64,000 nucleotides of DNA from the NCBI GenBank assembly GCA_050010195.1, contig JBEKLM010000001.1, positions 129,045 to 193,044 on the forward strand, written 5' to 3'. This DNA comes from Verrucomicrobiia bacterium. Its GTDB lineage: Bacteria > Verrucomicrobiota > Verrucomicrobiia > Palsa-1439. The position numbers were made by a program, and so were the translations under genes. This document shows, piece after piece, positions 1-10,800 of the stretch (position 1 is its first letter; each line of letters begins with the position of its first letter). Below the pieces are notes generated by a model, which saw nothing but the letters and a program-made list of their open reading frames with translations, had not been told where the DNA came from and did not search any database.

Positions 1-588
1 CGTGTCCGGGGTGTTGAACCAGATGAACACCGCGCAAACCAGGGCGATACCCGCCGGGACAAAGAAGCACGATCGCCAGCCGAAGCCGAAATAGACGAGG
101 TTGCTGCATAACACCAATATCAGGCCGCCCCCGATGCAGTGCGACGAATTCCAGATCGAAAACTTCGTCGCCATTTCCTTCGGCGGGAACCAGTTCGCCA
201 TCAACCGCGCACAGGGCGGGAACCCCATGCCTTGAAACCAACCGTTAAGCATCCAGATGATGCCCATCGTCAACACCGCGGAACTGAAACCGAACAAGAC
301 GTTCATCAGCGCCGACGCCACGAGGCCGACCGTCAGAAACGCGCGGGAACTCGAGCGGTCGGCGAGAAACCCGTTCCCGAATTTTGAGACGCCGTACAGC
401 AACCCGTGCACCGTCAGAAACAAGCCGAGGTGGGCCTTATCGATGCCGTCCTTTTCCATGTACGGCATGGCGATACTCAGGTTCTTGCGCACGAAATAAA
501 ACGTGGCGTAGCCGATGATGGAAGCAACCAGGACACGGTTCTGCCACGAGTGGTACTTCGCCGAGATCTCCTGCGGATCGGTCAACAT
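1..588 (-). CDS. MFS organophosphate:Pi antiporter, GlpT/UhpC family. Partial: the N-terminal 196 aa are in the window and the gene continues past position 1.
   Basis: Hand translation of the minus strand from the ATG at 588-586 gives MLTDPQEISAKYHSWQNRVLVASIIGYATFYFVRKNLSIAMPYMEKDG...FLADRSSSRAFLTVGL. An in-frame TAG lies just upstream of the start. This is a typical GlpT/UhpC N-terminus. The ORF track does not list it because it runs off the window edge. Confidence 0.6.
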   Translation of the reverse strand, partial: MLTDPQEISAKYHSWQNRVLVASIIGYATFYFVRKNLSIAMPYMEKDGIDKAHLGLFLTVHGLLYGVSKFGNGFLADRSSSRAFLTVGLVASALMNVLFGFSSAVLTMGIIWMLNGWFQGMGFPPCARLMANWFPPKEMATKFSIWNSSHCIGGGLILVLCSNLVYFGFGWRSCFFVPAGIALVCAVFIWFNTPDT

Positions 589-1277
589 CACCGCCGCAGG
601 GGGGTCGGGTTGGAAAACTCCCAGCAACCGGCCGACGACCGGCCGGGACACCGCGCCTGATTCAGATTCGGTTGGCAAGCTCTGGTGCCTCGCTAAGAAA
701 AACAGGTTTCTCTAACCCTTCGTCGAACGCTGACGTCAACCACGTCCACGTGGGATCTCGCCCGCCGAAGCGTGGGCAAGTGGTAACAGAGTGAACGTGG
801 TTCCGCAAGTTCCGAACGCGGAGAATGTCGCGCCCTCGATTTGCTTGCGCGGGGGCGCAAACGTGGCATAACGCCTGATGTATTTTGTCTGGTGTGATCT
901 TGCGCCGACTTCAATCCCGGGATGTTTCGCCGTGGGGTTACTTTTCCGGGTTGCTTTTTTTGAGGGGGATTTTCGGACCGTTCTCCTCAAAACTCGGTCA
1001 CGTGTTTACAAGCACTCGCGAATAGAGCAACGATGCACATCACCACTTGCTCTGCCGAGTTTCGCCCAATCCGCTCTGCCTTGCGCCTGTCGAACTCCGT
1101 TATCCCCTCGACTACCAGGGCGCCTCCGTCCCGCTCCTTTCACCCGGTCACACCAACATGGCTGCCGATGGTCTTCACCATCGCAAGCTCCGGCAAGTCG
1201 ACGAGTTCACCGAGTGCCTTCTTCTCGGAAATGCGCACACCCCCGGGACGAGCGAAGCGATTTGTAGCGGCAGCTTC

Positions 1278-2687
1278 CTACCTGGATACGGGCACCGGTT
1301 CCAACTCGTCCGTGGTTCGCCAGAACCACAGGTACGCGAGTATGACCAGAATGAACCAGGTCAGGTAGCCATAGTCCAGCAACCAGTTGGCAAGCTGTCT
1401 ACCGACCAGGTTTTTCGTCAACACTCCGACGCCAACGCCGATAACCAGCCAGCCGATGCTGGCCGCTGATTTTGGCGCGCGAACCGCACGCGCGGTCAGC
1501 AGCAGGATTGGCAAGATCAGCGAGCAGAGATGGGCCTTGCTCGTCTTGGGTGAAAACAACAGCATCAGACAGAGCACGACAGAGGCATCGTAGCCCGTCA
1601 GGATCAGCGGCGCTTTTGGCCAGCCGTACCAGTGCCCTTGTCGGACTGTTGCCGCGACAATCATCAACAGCGCGGCGATGGCCAGAAACACGATTTGCAC
1701 GCCGCGATGACCCAGTCCCCACAGCAGCGGGCCATGGTCTTCGGCGCCATTAATGAATAACCTTGCCAATAACCCGCCCAGGGATTGGTTCAACTGGGTG
1801 AATTCCTTCCACACGCCCGGCCGCGCGGCGGCGGGGCCATTGGCGACGGCAGGCCTGGCTAACGATTCGATCCACTCGACCGCGTGGAGTTTCGGCAAAG
1901 GACTCGGGAAAATCATCGACGGCGCCAGGTTAAGCACGATGGCGGCAACGACCGCCGCCGTCGCCGCCTTCCATTGCCTCCAGCGCAACAGGAACGGCAC
2001 AAACAATAACGGCGTCGCCTTCAGTCCGATGGCCGCGCCCAAGAGGACCCCCGCGGCGATTGGCCAGCCCATGCCAATCCAGTAGACGGCGGCAAAGCAC
2101 AGCAGCGCGATCATCAGGTCGGTCTGCGCGTTTTCCAGGGGCGACAACAGATGGCGTGCCCCGATCAGCACCGCTGCCCCGACCAGACACACCTGCTGTC
2201 GCGGTGTCAGCGCCGCACGTTCGCGCCGGCTCAACAGCAGCGCCAGATGGATGACCAACACCAGCGCGATTGCCTGTAGTCCGCCCCAAACCCATTGCGC
2301 TGCGCGTTGCGGCATGAACGTCAGCGGCACGCAGACAAAAGCGGCAAAGGGCGGATACGAATACACTTCGTCCGGCACAATCCGGTACAGGTCATCGCCG
2401 TTGCGCAGCCGTTGCGCGGCCAGGTAGTACACCGGGAAATCGCCGCTGCTTCTTCGTCCACCGATGAACAGCGTGGCACTGACCAACAGCGCCACCAAGA
2501 CGAGTTTGTACCAAGGGGAGTTCACGAAGGCGGTCTGATCGGTGTCAGTAGTTTTTTTGACGTGAGTTGTTTTAGGCAACCGCGGGACAATTCTGCGCCA
2601 GCGCTCGAATCTCGTCAAATGCGAAATAAACCTCCTGGCCGCCGCGCCCGTCCCCGCTCGTCCGGTGTGGGCGCCGCGGTCCACCAA
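1278..2687 (-). CDS. Polytopic membrane glycosyltransferase, GT87/DUF2029-like (alpha-1,2-mannosyltransferase-like GT-C fold).
   Basis: 469-aa ORF with about 10 predicted TM helices. It carries the conserved DFPVYYLAAQRLRNGDDLY motif characteristic of DUF2029/GT87. The track start may be a GTG, so the true start is uncertain. Confidence 0.5.
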   Translation of the reverse strand: MVDRGAHTGRAGTGAAARRFISHLTRFERWRRIVPRLPKTTHVKKTTDTDQTAFVNSPWYKLVLVALLVSATLFIGGRRSSGDFPVYYLAAQRLRNGDDLYRIVPDEVYSYPPFAAFVCVPLTFMPQRAAQWVWGGLQAIALVLVIHLALLLSRRERAALTPRQQVCLVGAAVLIGARHLLSPLENAQTDLMIALLCFAAVYWIGMGWPIAAGVLLGAAIGLKATPLLFVPFLLRWRQWKAATAAVVAAIVLNLAPSMIFPSPLPKLHAVEWIESLARPAVANGPAAARPGVWKEFTQLNQSLGGLLARLFINGAEDHGPLLWGLGHRGVQIVFLAIAALLMIVAATVRQGHWYGWPKAPLILTGYDASVVLCLMLLFSPKTSKAHLCSLILPILLLTARAVRAPKSAASIGWLVIGVGVGVLTKNLVGRQLANWLLDYGYLTWFILVILAYLWFWRTTDELEPVPVSR

Positions 2688-2794
2688 GCTCTAGATTTGG
2701 GCGAAGCCCGATACAGCACCGATTATGACCACTTGCTCTACTGGGGTGAACACCCCATATCATCTCTTCATTGTTCCGCATATCTTCCAGGACA

Positions 2795-3127
2795 ATGAAA
2801 GCCGAATTGACAGCAGAAGCCATTCACGTTAACAGCATAGCTCGGTCACGGTTTGACCGTTTATTTGCCGGGAATTGCTTTCTCGAACCAGTCATCGGCA
2901 ACGAAATGGAATGGTTCGTGGACGGCTCGGAGAATTTGCTTGGAACGATTGCGGATGGGCTGTTATTCGACCGTTGGATATATGTCCTCCTGGCAAGGGG
3001 CGGCATAACCGGGTTTCGTATTCTGAGGATGGAATTCGGGGTGTCGACCCGGGATGAAGCAACGGTTCGGTTGCTGCGCATCATGAAGGCATGCGCAACG
3101 CCGACCGCGATAGCGTCGCCGGTATAA
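2795..3127 (+). CDS. Hypothetical small protein (111 aa).
   Basis: ATG at 2795 preceded by AGGA. Non-repetitive sequence MKAELTAEAIHVNSIARSRFDRLF... with no recognisable family. It lies in the gap between two minus-strand genes. Confidence 0.25.
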   Translation: MKAELTAEAIHVNSIARSRFDRLFAGNCFLEPVIGNEMEWFVDGSENLLGTIADGLLFDRWIYVLLARGGITGFRILRMEFGVSTRDEATVRLLRIMKACATPTAIASPV

Positions 3128-3573
3128 ACCAAGACCGCGCAGCGATCCGCCGCGACAAAAGCAGCACAGGGCAGTGTGCCGCTTCAGTTTCCCTCTCGAC
3201 GCCTTTCCCTCACCCGAGGCACGGCTGCGCAGATGGATCGCCCTGGTCTGCACGCACTGGACTCCCCTATGCCCCTTCGGCCCTTACGCTATGCCCCGCG
3301 CATTCGGCCCATACCGACCAACTGCGCCTTACGCCGTCAACAACAACGCTGGCGAACCGCTCAAGACGGCTCCCCGCGCAGGACTCGAGCCGCTCATTCC
3401 GAATCTGTGGAAACTGGTGCCCCCATTTGGCGTAGCGCCCGAATGCGCTGGAAATTGCGCCGTCGGCAAGCATTCGGCGCGTTTGCGACCCAGCACGACA
3501 TGGTCCTGTATCAGTTGCGCCCAAAACGGCGTGGGTGCGGCTACCATCAAAAGGTGGGTATTGCTACGGGCTC

Positions 3574-6500
3574 TTACGGCAATAGGACGCGGACGCGGTA
3601 GAACCGGGTGGGACTGGCCAGTATGTTGGAGTCGGTCATGCTGGTGATGGTGCCGGAGCCGTTGCCGCCGCTGAGGATGTTGGTCTGGCCCGTATCCTGC
3701 CAGCCGCCGTTGGTGTAGCTGCCGTTGGCGGTGCCGGTCATGTAATCCAGCACATTCGTCCGTGATTGGACGCCCGGCACGTAGTTGGTATCCCCGTTGG
3801 CGCCAAGGTAGGTCACGACGACGTTGGTATTGCCCGACAGGAACTGCTCCTGGATGCTGATGACGTGCAGATAGGCCGCCGCGTTGGTGGGGTTGAAGCC
3901 CGCCATGAACTTGTTGGTGTTGCTCATGCCGTCGCCCGTGTAGGAGGCGTTGGGACCACTTGACGCGCCGGTGAGGCCGTAGAACTGCTGCCACTGCGCG
4001 AACGTGTAGGGAGACACGGTAATGGTGCCCATATTGGTGCTGGAGCCGGCCGTGTTGGCCACAATCTGGGTCACCGTGTACGTACCCGGATAATCGTAGG
4101 TGTAGCCCGGGTCCTGCGCGGTGGACGTGCCGGTGCCATCCCCAAACGTCCAACTCCAACTCGTGGGCACGCCGGTCGAGGCATCGTAGAAGTTCACCGT
4201 CAAGGGCGCCGGGCCGCTGGCGGGATTGTTCGTGAAACTCGCCACCGGAGGTGTCGCCGGGTTCGCAACAATCAGGTTCACCTGTCCGGCCGTGTTGGTG
4301 GAGATGGTGTACGTGAAATTCGTGTTGGGCGTCGCGCCGAGGGTGATGCCGCTGTAGGTCAATGCCCCGGTGTAGGTGAACAGCGTGTAGGTGGCGTTCG
4401 AGAACCCGCCGCCATCGAATACATTGAGCGTGCCGGCGAGGGTCAGGTTGCTGGTCACGGCGATCACCGCGGCGTTGGAACCAACCCCGAAGTTCAGCGT
4501 CGATGTGCCGCCCAGATTCAGACTGTTGTTCACCGTGAGGGTGCTGCTGCCCAAGGTGAGCCATGGATCGGAGCCGACCACGTTGGTGTGGGTAATGGCG
4601 GCCTGTGTGTTGAAAAACGCCAGCACGTTGTTGGTCGGCGAAACGGTCAATCCGTCGAGTGTCACCAGATTGGCGACGGGTGTGGTATTGGTCACGGTGA
4701 CCTGGGCGTTGTAGAGCGTCAGCGTGTTGGTGCTGCCATCGGTGGTGAGCTGGGAATTGATGATCTGAATGTCCTGGGCGTTATAGACGTCGAAGGTCTC
4801 TCCGTGGGAGGCGATGTTCACGCCGTACAGCGTGAGGTTGGAAAGGGGCGCTTCCTGGCGGGCCCAAATAACGCCCGTGACATTCACGCCGGCGTTGGCG
4901 GTGGCGGTCAGATTGCTGATGAGAATGTTTTGCCAAAACGGGGTGGTGGTGATGACCGGTTGCGGTCCGTACCCGGCGGCGGTGCTGGGAGTGATGTTGT
5001 TGGGGGTTCCCACCTCGTCGTAGAAGCTCCAGATCAGGATCGGGTAGCCCACGTTGGTCATCGTGATGTCGAGATAGGTGAGATTTTGGACCAACCCGCC
5101 GATATCACGGTCGGACTTCATGCGAATGCCATTCGCCGTGCCGTTGAACGTGCAGTTGCTGACGAGCAGATTGTGGACGCCGCCGGAGGTGATGCTGCCA
5201 ATCGACAGACCGTGGCCGGTGCCGAACGTGCAATTGGAGACGGTGATGTTCGCCGCGGGGCCGGCACTGCCGCCGATCTCGATGTTGTCGTCTCCGTCGC
5301 TGATGGAGCAGTTCTGGATCAGTACGTTGGTCGATTGCAGGTCCATCCCGTCGGTGTTCGGCGAGTTGCCCGGCGTGTTGATCGTCAGATTTTGGATCGT
5401 CAGATTGAGATTGTTTCCCTTCAACACCATATGAAATGTCGGCGGGTTTTGCAGGGTCACGCCTTCGATCAGTATGTTCGAGGAACTGCCCTGGATGTTG
5501 ATAAAATCCGGTCGCTGCGCGGTGGACAGGTTCTGCCCCCACCAGTTCGTCGAACCAAACCCCGCGTGGCCGTCAATCGTTCCGGCCCCGCTGATCTCGA
5601 TGTCGTGAACGCCGTTCGCACTGATGAAGGCCGGCAACGTCCCGGGCCAACTGGACTCGGGGAGCATTTGCAGCATCGCGCCGTCGTCGACCTGCAGATT
5701 AACGCTGCTGGAGAGGGTGATCGGTCCGCTCTCATACGTGCTGAGTGTGCCGGCCGACGGGATCTCGACCGTACCGCCGCCCGCGGCGGCGGCCGCATTG
5801 ATGGTGTTCTGAATCGAGCCGGAGTTGTCTGTCACACCATCCCCGACGGCGCCATAGCTTGTGATCAGGAAGTTGGTGGCCGGAATGACCGGCAGCTGAG
5901 GCGTGTTCGGCAACACGGTGAGGATCGCGTTGGAGCTGGTGGTGGACCCGATCGAGTTGCTGGCGACCAGCGTATAGGTGCCGGCGTTGGTGAACTGCAC
6001 GTTTGAGAGGTTCAGGTTTGATGAGGTCGCGCCGGAAATCGGCGCCCCGTTCTGGTTCCACTGATAGGTAATGGGTGTGGTGCCAATGGCGGTCGCGCTG
6101 AAGCTGGCGTTCCCGCCCGCCATCACACTCACGGACGCCGGTTGCGTCAGAAACAGCGGCGCCACGGGATTAGTATTGACGGTCAGAACCGCATTGGAGC
6201 TGGTGACCGCGCCGACGGGGTTGCTCACGACCACAGAGTAGCTGCCTGCATCGGCGGGTTGAACATTGGTCAGTGTGAATGAGGAACCGGTGGCGCCGCT
6301 GAGCAGCGTGTTGGTGTTCTCATACCACTGGTAACTCAGCGGCTGAGAGCCATTGGCCACCACGGTGAACGTGGCGCTCTGGCCCGGAATGACGGTCTGG
6401 TTTTGCAGGTCGGTGGTGATGAACGGGGCAACATTCGTCACCGCCAATGTCGCCACCACGCTCGTCACCGAGCCGTAGGCATTGGAAATCAGGACCGAGT

Positions 6501-7539
6501 AACCGCCCGCTGCGGCAATCTGAACATTGGTGAGCACCAGCGTAGTGTTGGTGGCGCTGGCCACGGGCGAGTTGGTGTTGTAATACCACTGATAAAACAG
6601 CGGGAGCGTGCCGTTGGGGCCGACGGTGAACGTCGCGGTTTGCCCCGAGGAGAGATCCTGGTCCTGCGGCTGAGTGATGATGGATGGCGCAACGGGCGCG
6701 GACGTGACCTGCACCTCGACTTGTGTAAAGTCGTTTGTGACGGGGGCCTCTGTATTGCCCCCCGGACGATAGGCGATGCCATCAAAACTGAAGTTGGTCG
6801 CCGAGTAGTCGGTCGTCGAATCAGAAAGAGTCGCGCCCGTGACGAAGTTCGACCAGGTGATTGCGATGACCAGCGAAGTAAGGTTCGTCCGTTGGAGAAC
6901 GAACTGCAAACTGTACGGGGTCAGATTGGCAAAGCCGTCAAATGAGTTTGTATTGAGCTGGTCTTTGGCTATTGAAATCCAATCTCCGCTCGCTCCCAGC
7001 AGGCTGCTGTCGGACAGGAGCGTGCGTTTGCGGATATCAATGGGCTGGTTGTCGGCGAACGTCCCGTACACCTTGCCGAACAGCGCGTACCCTTGCACGA
7101 AGAGTCCCTGGGAGCTACTGCTGAACGAGCCGTCGTTCGTCACGCGTAGTGGCACATTGCTTCCGTTGGCAAAATCGAACAACCCGATCCGAAAGCCCTC
7201 CGAAGCGCTCCCGGGAGTTGGCACTCCATTGAAGGTAAAACCGAATGTCGCCGTAAACGTGTCACCAACATTCAACTGGATCGGGGGGCTGTTGGTCGTC
7301 GGAGTGAAATAGGTGATCGCCATGCCAGAGCTGCCCGTCACCTTCATGACCAGAGCGCCGCCGGACGTCGTCAGCGACCCCAAGCTGGAGGCGAACCAGG
7401 CTGACGTGGTCGGCAGGTTTTGACTCGTGCGATTGCCGTTGGTCCAGTTGGTCTGGTTCAGATAAACAGTGGCTTGGCTGGGCAACGCCAGCCCTAAGAC
7501 AGCAACCGAAGCAAGAATGACTATCCCGAATCGCCTCAT
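3574..7539 (-). CDS. Giant secreted multi-domain protein (about 1320 aa). It has an N-terminal lectin-like domain, Ig-like I-set repeats, a GH28 polygalacturonase-type right-handed beta-helix, autotransporter-associated beta-strand repeats and a PKD domain. It ends with the conserved C-terminal domain ...RFYRVRVLLP.
   Basis: Signal peptide MRRFGIVILASVAVLGLALPSQA starts at the ATG at 7539; upstream in-frame starts extend to 7617. GH28 motifs are present in order: NTDG, DGDD, GHG, RMK(RIK). The PKD-like segment is WSWTFGDGTGTSTAQDPGYTYDYPGTYTVT. There are three Ig-like repeats of the form QWYxNTN...TLTNVQ...G.YSV.VSN. Confidence 0.8.
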   Translation of the reverse strand: MRRFGIVILASVAVLGLALPSQATVYLNQTNWTNGNRTSQNLPTTSAWFASSLGSLTTSGGALVMKVTGSSGMAITYFTPTTNSPPIQLNVGDTFTATFGFTFNGVPTPGSASEGFRIGLFDFANGSNVPLRVTNDGSFSSSSQGLFVQGYALFGKVYGTFADNQPIDIRKRTLLSDSSLLGASGDWISIAKDQLNTNSFDGFANLTPYSLQFVLQRTNLTSLVIAITWSNFVTGATLSDSTTDYSATNFSFDGIAYRPGGNTEAPVTNDFTQVEVQVTSAPVAPSIITQPQDQDLSSGQTATFTVGPNGTLPLFYQWYYNTNSPVASATNTTLVLTNVQIAAAGGYSVLISNAYGSVTSVVATLAVTNVAPFITTDLQNQTVIPGQSATFTVVANGSQPLSYQWYENTNTLLSGATGSSFTLTNVQPADAGSYSVVVSNPVGAVTSSNAVLTVNTNPVAPLFLTQPASVSVMAGGNASFSATAIGTTPITYQWNQNGAPISGATSSNLNLSNVQFTNAGTYTLVASNSIGSTTSSNAILTVLPNTPQLPVIPATNFLITSYGAVGDGVTDNSGSIQNTINAAAAAGGGTVEIPSAGTLSTYESGPITLSSSVNLQVDDGAMLQMLPESSWPGTLPAFISANGVHDIEISGAGTIDGHAGFGSTNWWGQNLSTAQRPDFINIQGSSSNILIEGVTLQNPPTFHMVLKGNNLNLTIQNLTINTPGNSPNTDGMDLQSTNVLIQNCSISDGDDNIEIGGSAGPAANITVSNCTFGTGHGLSIGSITSGGVHNLLVSNCTFNGTANGIRMKSDRDIGGLVQNLTYLDITMTNVGYPILIWSFYDEVGTPNNITPSTAAGYGPQPVITTTPFWQNILISNLTATANAGVNVTGVIWARQEAPLSNLTLYGVNIASHGETFDVYNAQDIQIINSQLTTDGSTNTLTLYNAQVTVTNTTPVANLVTLDGLTVSPTNNVLAFFNTQAAITHTNVVGSDPWLTLGSSTLTVNNSLNLGGTSTLNFGVGSNAAVIAVTSNLTLAGTLNVFDGGGFSNATYTLFTYTGALTYSGITLGATPNTNFTYTISTNTAGQVNLIVANPATPPVASFTNNPASGPAPLTVNFYDASTGVPTSWSWTFGDGTGTSTAQDPGYTYDYPGTYTVTQIVANTAGSSTNMGTITVSPYTFAQWQQFYGLTGASSGPNASYTGDGMSNTNKFMAGFNPTNAAAYLHVISIQEQFLSGNTNVVVTYLGANGDTNYVPGVQSRTNVLDYMTGTANGSYTNGGWQDTGQTNILSGGNGSGTITSMTDSNILASPTRFYRVRVLLP

Positions 7540-7898
7540 CCTACATGCCCTTTCCAAACGAAACACTACGGAATCCATGTTCTTACAAGGGAATCTGGGA
7601 CAGTTGCGTCCGAGCAATGACTGGTGGGCTGATAACCGCGACCACCGGGCGCTACCGTCTCACGATTCTTTTCCCGTACTCCCTGTTTAACATATCATCC
7701 GCTGCTCCAGACTGCAATTCGACACAGAGAGCCAAAACGGTCATGGACAGAAAATGCGCTGTAAAACACGGGAACATATGCAGGGAAGACACTTATTACC
7801 AGCTTACCCTGCCATGACAGAACCCATGCTGACCACGCTCCCTGACGGGTCCTGCTCCTTCCCCGTTACGAAGACATCTCCACACGACGTGCCTCGCT

Positions 7899-10800
7899 TT
7901 AGGGAACCAAGCGGACACGATAGTAACGGGATGGATTGTTCGTGGCTCCGCCCGAGTCAACATAATTGGTCGAGGTATCGCCACCAGTACCGGGCAGGAC
8001 CGTCTGCGAAGGCGGGAGGTCCGCAAAGTTGTTGGTGTTGTATCCGCCGTTGGCGTCCCCGCTGGTGACCTGCACCGCATTCGTATGTCCGCCCGCCGTC
8101 GTCCACGTAATCACGACATTGGTGCCCTGCGGCACGACCGAAACGATTCGGAACAGCGAGGCGCTATTGGTCGGATCCAGCCCCACTAGGAATTGGTTGG
8201 TGTTACTCATCCCCTTGCCGAGCGGATCAGCATTCGCTGCCGCTTGCGGACAGATCGCCAAGTTGGTGCAGGCAAAGTACTGCAATTGCCAGCACGTAAA
8301 CGGATCTCCCGGCGTCACACTCGCGCTGCCGTTCATCGTTGCCGTGCACCCGCTGGTCACGTTGGACGCGATCACCGTGTACGTGCCCACCGCCGTTTGG
8401 TCCGTAAACGAAATCGCGCTGCCCGTGCCGGCAACCAACGCACCGGTGGGACTACCGTTCAATTCCAATTGGTAATCCGCGGTCGATTCCGACCCATCCA
8501 AGCCGACTGTCACGCCGCCGCCAGCAGCGCAGTAGGAGCCGCCGCCGGTCACATTGAATGTCGCCGGACCAGCGCTGACCGTCAGTGTGGCCCCGCCGGA
8601 GGTCGCCGGCGGACTGCACGTGCCGCTGACCACACAATCGAAGCTCGCTCCCGAATCGCCAACCGCCGCATTCGAAATCGTCAAGCTCGCTGTGCCCGAG
8701 CCGCTGATGGTGCCGCCGTTGCCGATATTGGAGCCGTTCTTCTGCCATTGATAACTCAGACCCGCGCCGCTGGTTGAGACGGTGAAACTTGCCGACCCGC
8801 CAGCACAGACGGTCTGGGGCGAGGGACCTGAGAGGATGCCCGGGGCGGCATTGACCGCGACGGACAAACTGGAGCCGTTGCCGGTACACCCATTGGCATT
8901 GGCCGGCGTCACCGTCACGCTACCGGCGATCGAACCCCAATTGACCGTGATGGACGTGCTCCCCTGACCACTGATCGTCGCTCCCGACGGCACAGCCCAC
9001 GTGTACGTCGTCGCGCCGTTGACGCTGGAAATCGAATAGCCCACGCCGGTCTGTCCCGCGCAGACGGTGGTCGGGCCGCTGATCGAACCCGCCGCACCCA
9101 CGCCGGTGATGGTGACCGCCAAACTACTGGACGCACCGCTGCAACTGCCGTTGGTGGGGATGACCGTCACATTGCCGCTGGTAGCCGAGCAAGAGTAATT
9201 GACGGTGATCGAGGTCGTGCCCAGACCGCTGGCAACGGACGCTCCTGATGGCACGGTCCACGTGTAGCCGGTTGCGCCACTGACACTGGAGATTGAGTAC
9301 GCCACCCCGCTGCTCCCCGCGTTGACCGAGCTGGACCCGGTGATGGAGCCTGCCGAGCCGACGGAGCAGGGTGTCGCAACGATCAGGTTCACCTGACCGG
9401 ACGTGTTGGTGGAAACCGTGTAGGTGAAGCTCGGATTAGGCGTCGAGCCAACCGTCAGGCCGTTATACGTCAATGTTCCCCCGTAGGTGAACAGTGTGTA
9501 CGCCGTGTTGGTGAATCCGCCGGCATTGGCGACATTCAGCGTGCCGCTCAAGGTCAAATTGCCGGTCACCTCCGTTTTCGTGGCATTTGTCCCCAAGCCG
9601 TAATTCAGCGTGGATGATCCGCCGAGGCTCATGCTGTTGCTCACGGTGAGCGTGCTGCCGGCCAATGTAAGCAACGGATTCGCGCCGAAAGCACCGCTGT
9701 CAGCCGTCTCGGCCAGACCATTGAACAGGGACAGCACGGTGTTGGATGGCGCCCACAATCCGGTCATCGTCACGGTATTGGCGTTGGGGGCGCTATTGGT
9801 AACGGTGAATTGTGCATTATAGAGTGTCAATGTGTTCGTGCTTGTGTTGGGCGCAGTGAGGTTGGAATTAATGATCTGGACGCCGCGGACGTTATACATG
9901 CAGAAGGTTTTCGTCGGGGCGGAGATGTTCACCTTGCACAGCGTGAAGTTGCTGATGGGCGCCTGCGGCAACCCCCAGAACCACCCGGCAACGTTTCCGC
10001 CGATGGTGTACGCGGTCAAATTGCTGACAGTAATGTTTTCGAAGATCGGGGTGTGCGAGCCGCTATCGCTGAACGTGGCTGCGTCCCCCGGGGTATAGTC
10101 GAAGCTGCTTGTTGGGGCTCCGACGGTATTGTAAGTGCTGTAAAACGCGATGGCAAAATTCACGTTGCTCATGACGAGATCCTTATACACGCAGTTTTGG
10201 ATCACGCCCCCGCGGTCGGTGTCCGATTTGCCCTTGATGCCGTACTCCGTCCCGTTCCAGACGCAATTGCTCACGAGAAGATTGTTGACCCCGCCCTCGG
10301 TGTCGCTGCCGATCGACAGGCCGTGTCCGATGCCGAAAGTGCAATTGGACACGGTGATGTTGTTGGCCGGAGCGCCATTGCCTCCAATCTCAAGGTTGTC
10401 GTCTCCGTCGCTGATGTAACAGTTGCGGATCACCATGTTCGTCGAGGAGATGTCCATCCCGTCGGTGTTTGGTGAGGCCGGAGTATTGATGGTCATGTTC
10501 TGGATCGTGACATTGCCATCGCTGTTTTTCAGGTAGAGGGTGAACGTCGGTGGGTTTTGCAGTGTCACACCTTGGATCAGAATCCTCACCGTATGGTCGT
10601 ACTCTATAAAATTCGGTCGCGAACAGCCGCAGGTCCACCAGCCAGAGGACCCCTGGCCGTCGATCGTGCCGCCACCGCTAAGTTCGCAATCATGGAGCGT
10701 GTTTCCTTCCATGAAAGTGGTCGTGCCGGACCAACTGCTCATCGGCAACATCTGGAGCATCGCCCCGGCGTCGATCTGCAGATTGACACTGCTCTTCAGG

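Noticed and set aside
4588-6006. Long plus-strand ORF (472 aa) and many similar antisense ORFs, for example 3329-4564, 18127-19179, 52337-53461, 55180-56184 and 35366-36079.
   Set aside because: They lie entirely antisense to or out of frame with strongly supported genes. They have R/P/A/G-rich low-complexity composition, which is typical of high-GC open frames. They have no recognisable domains.
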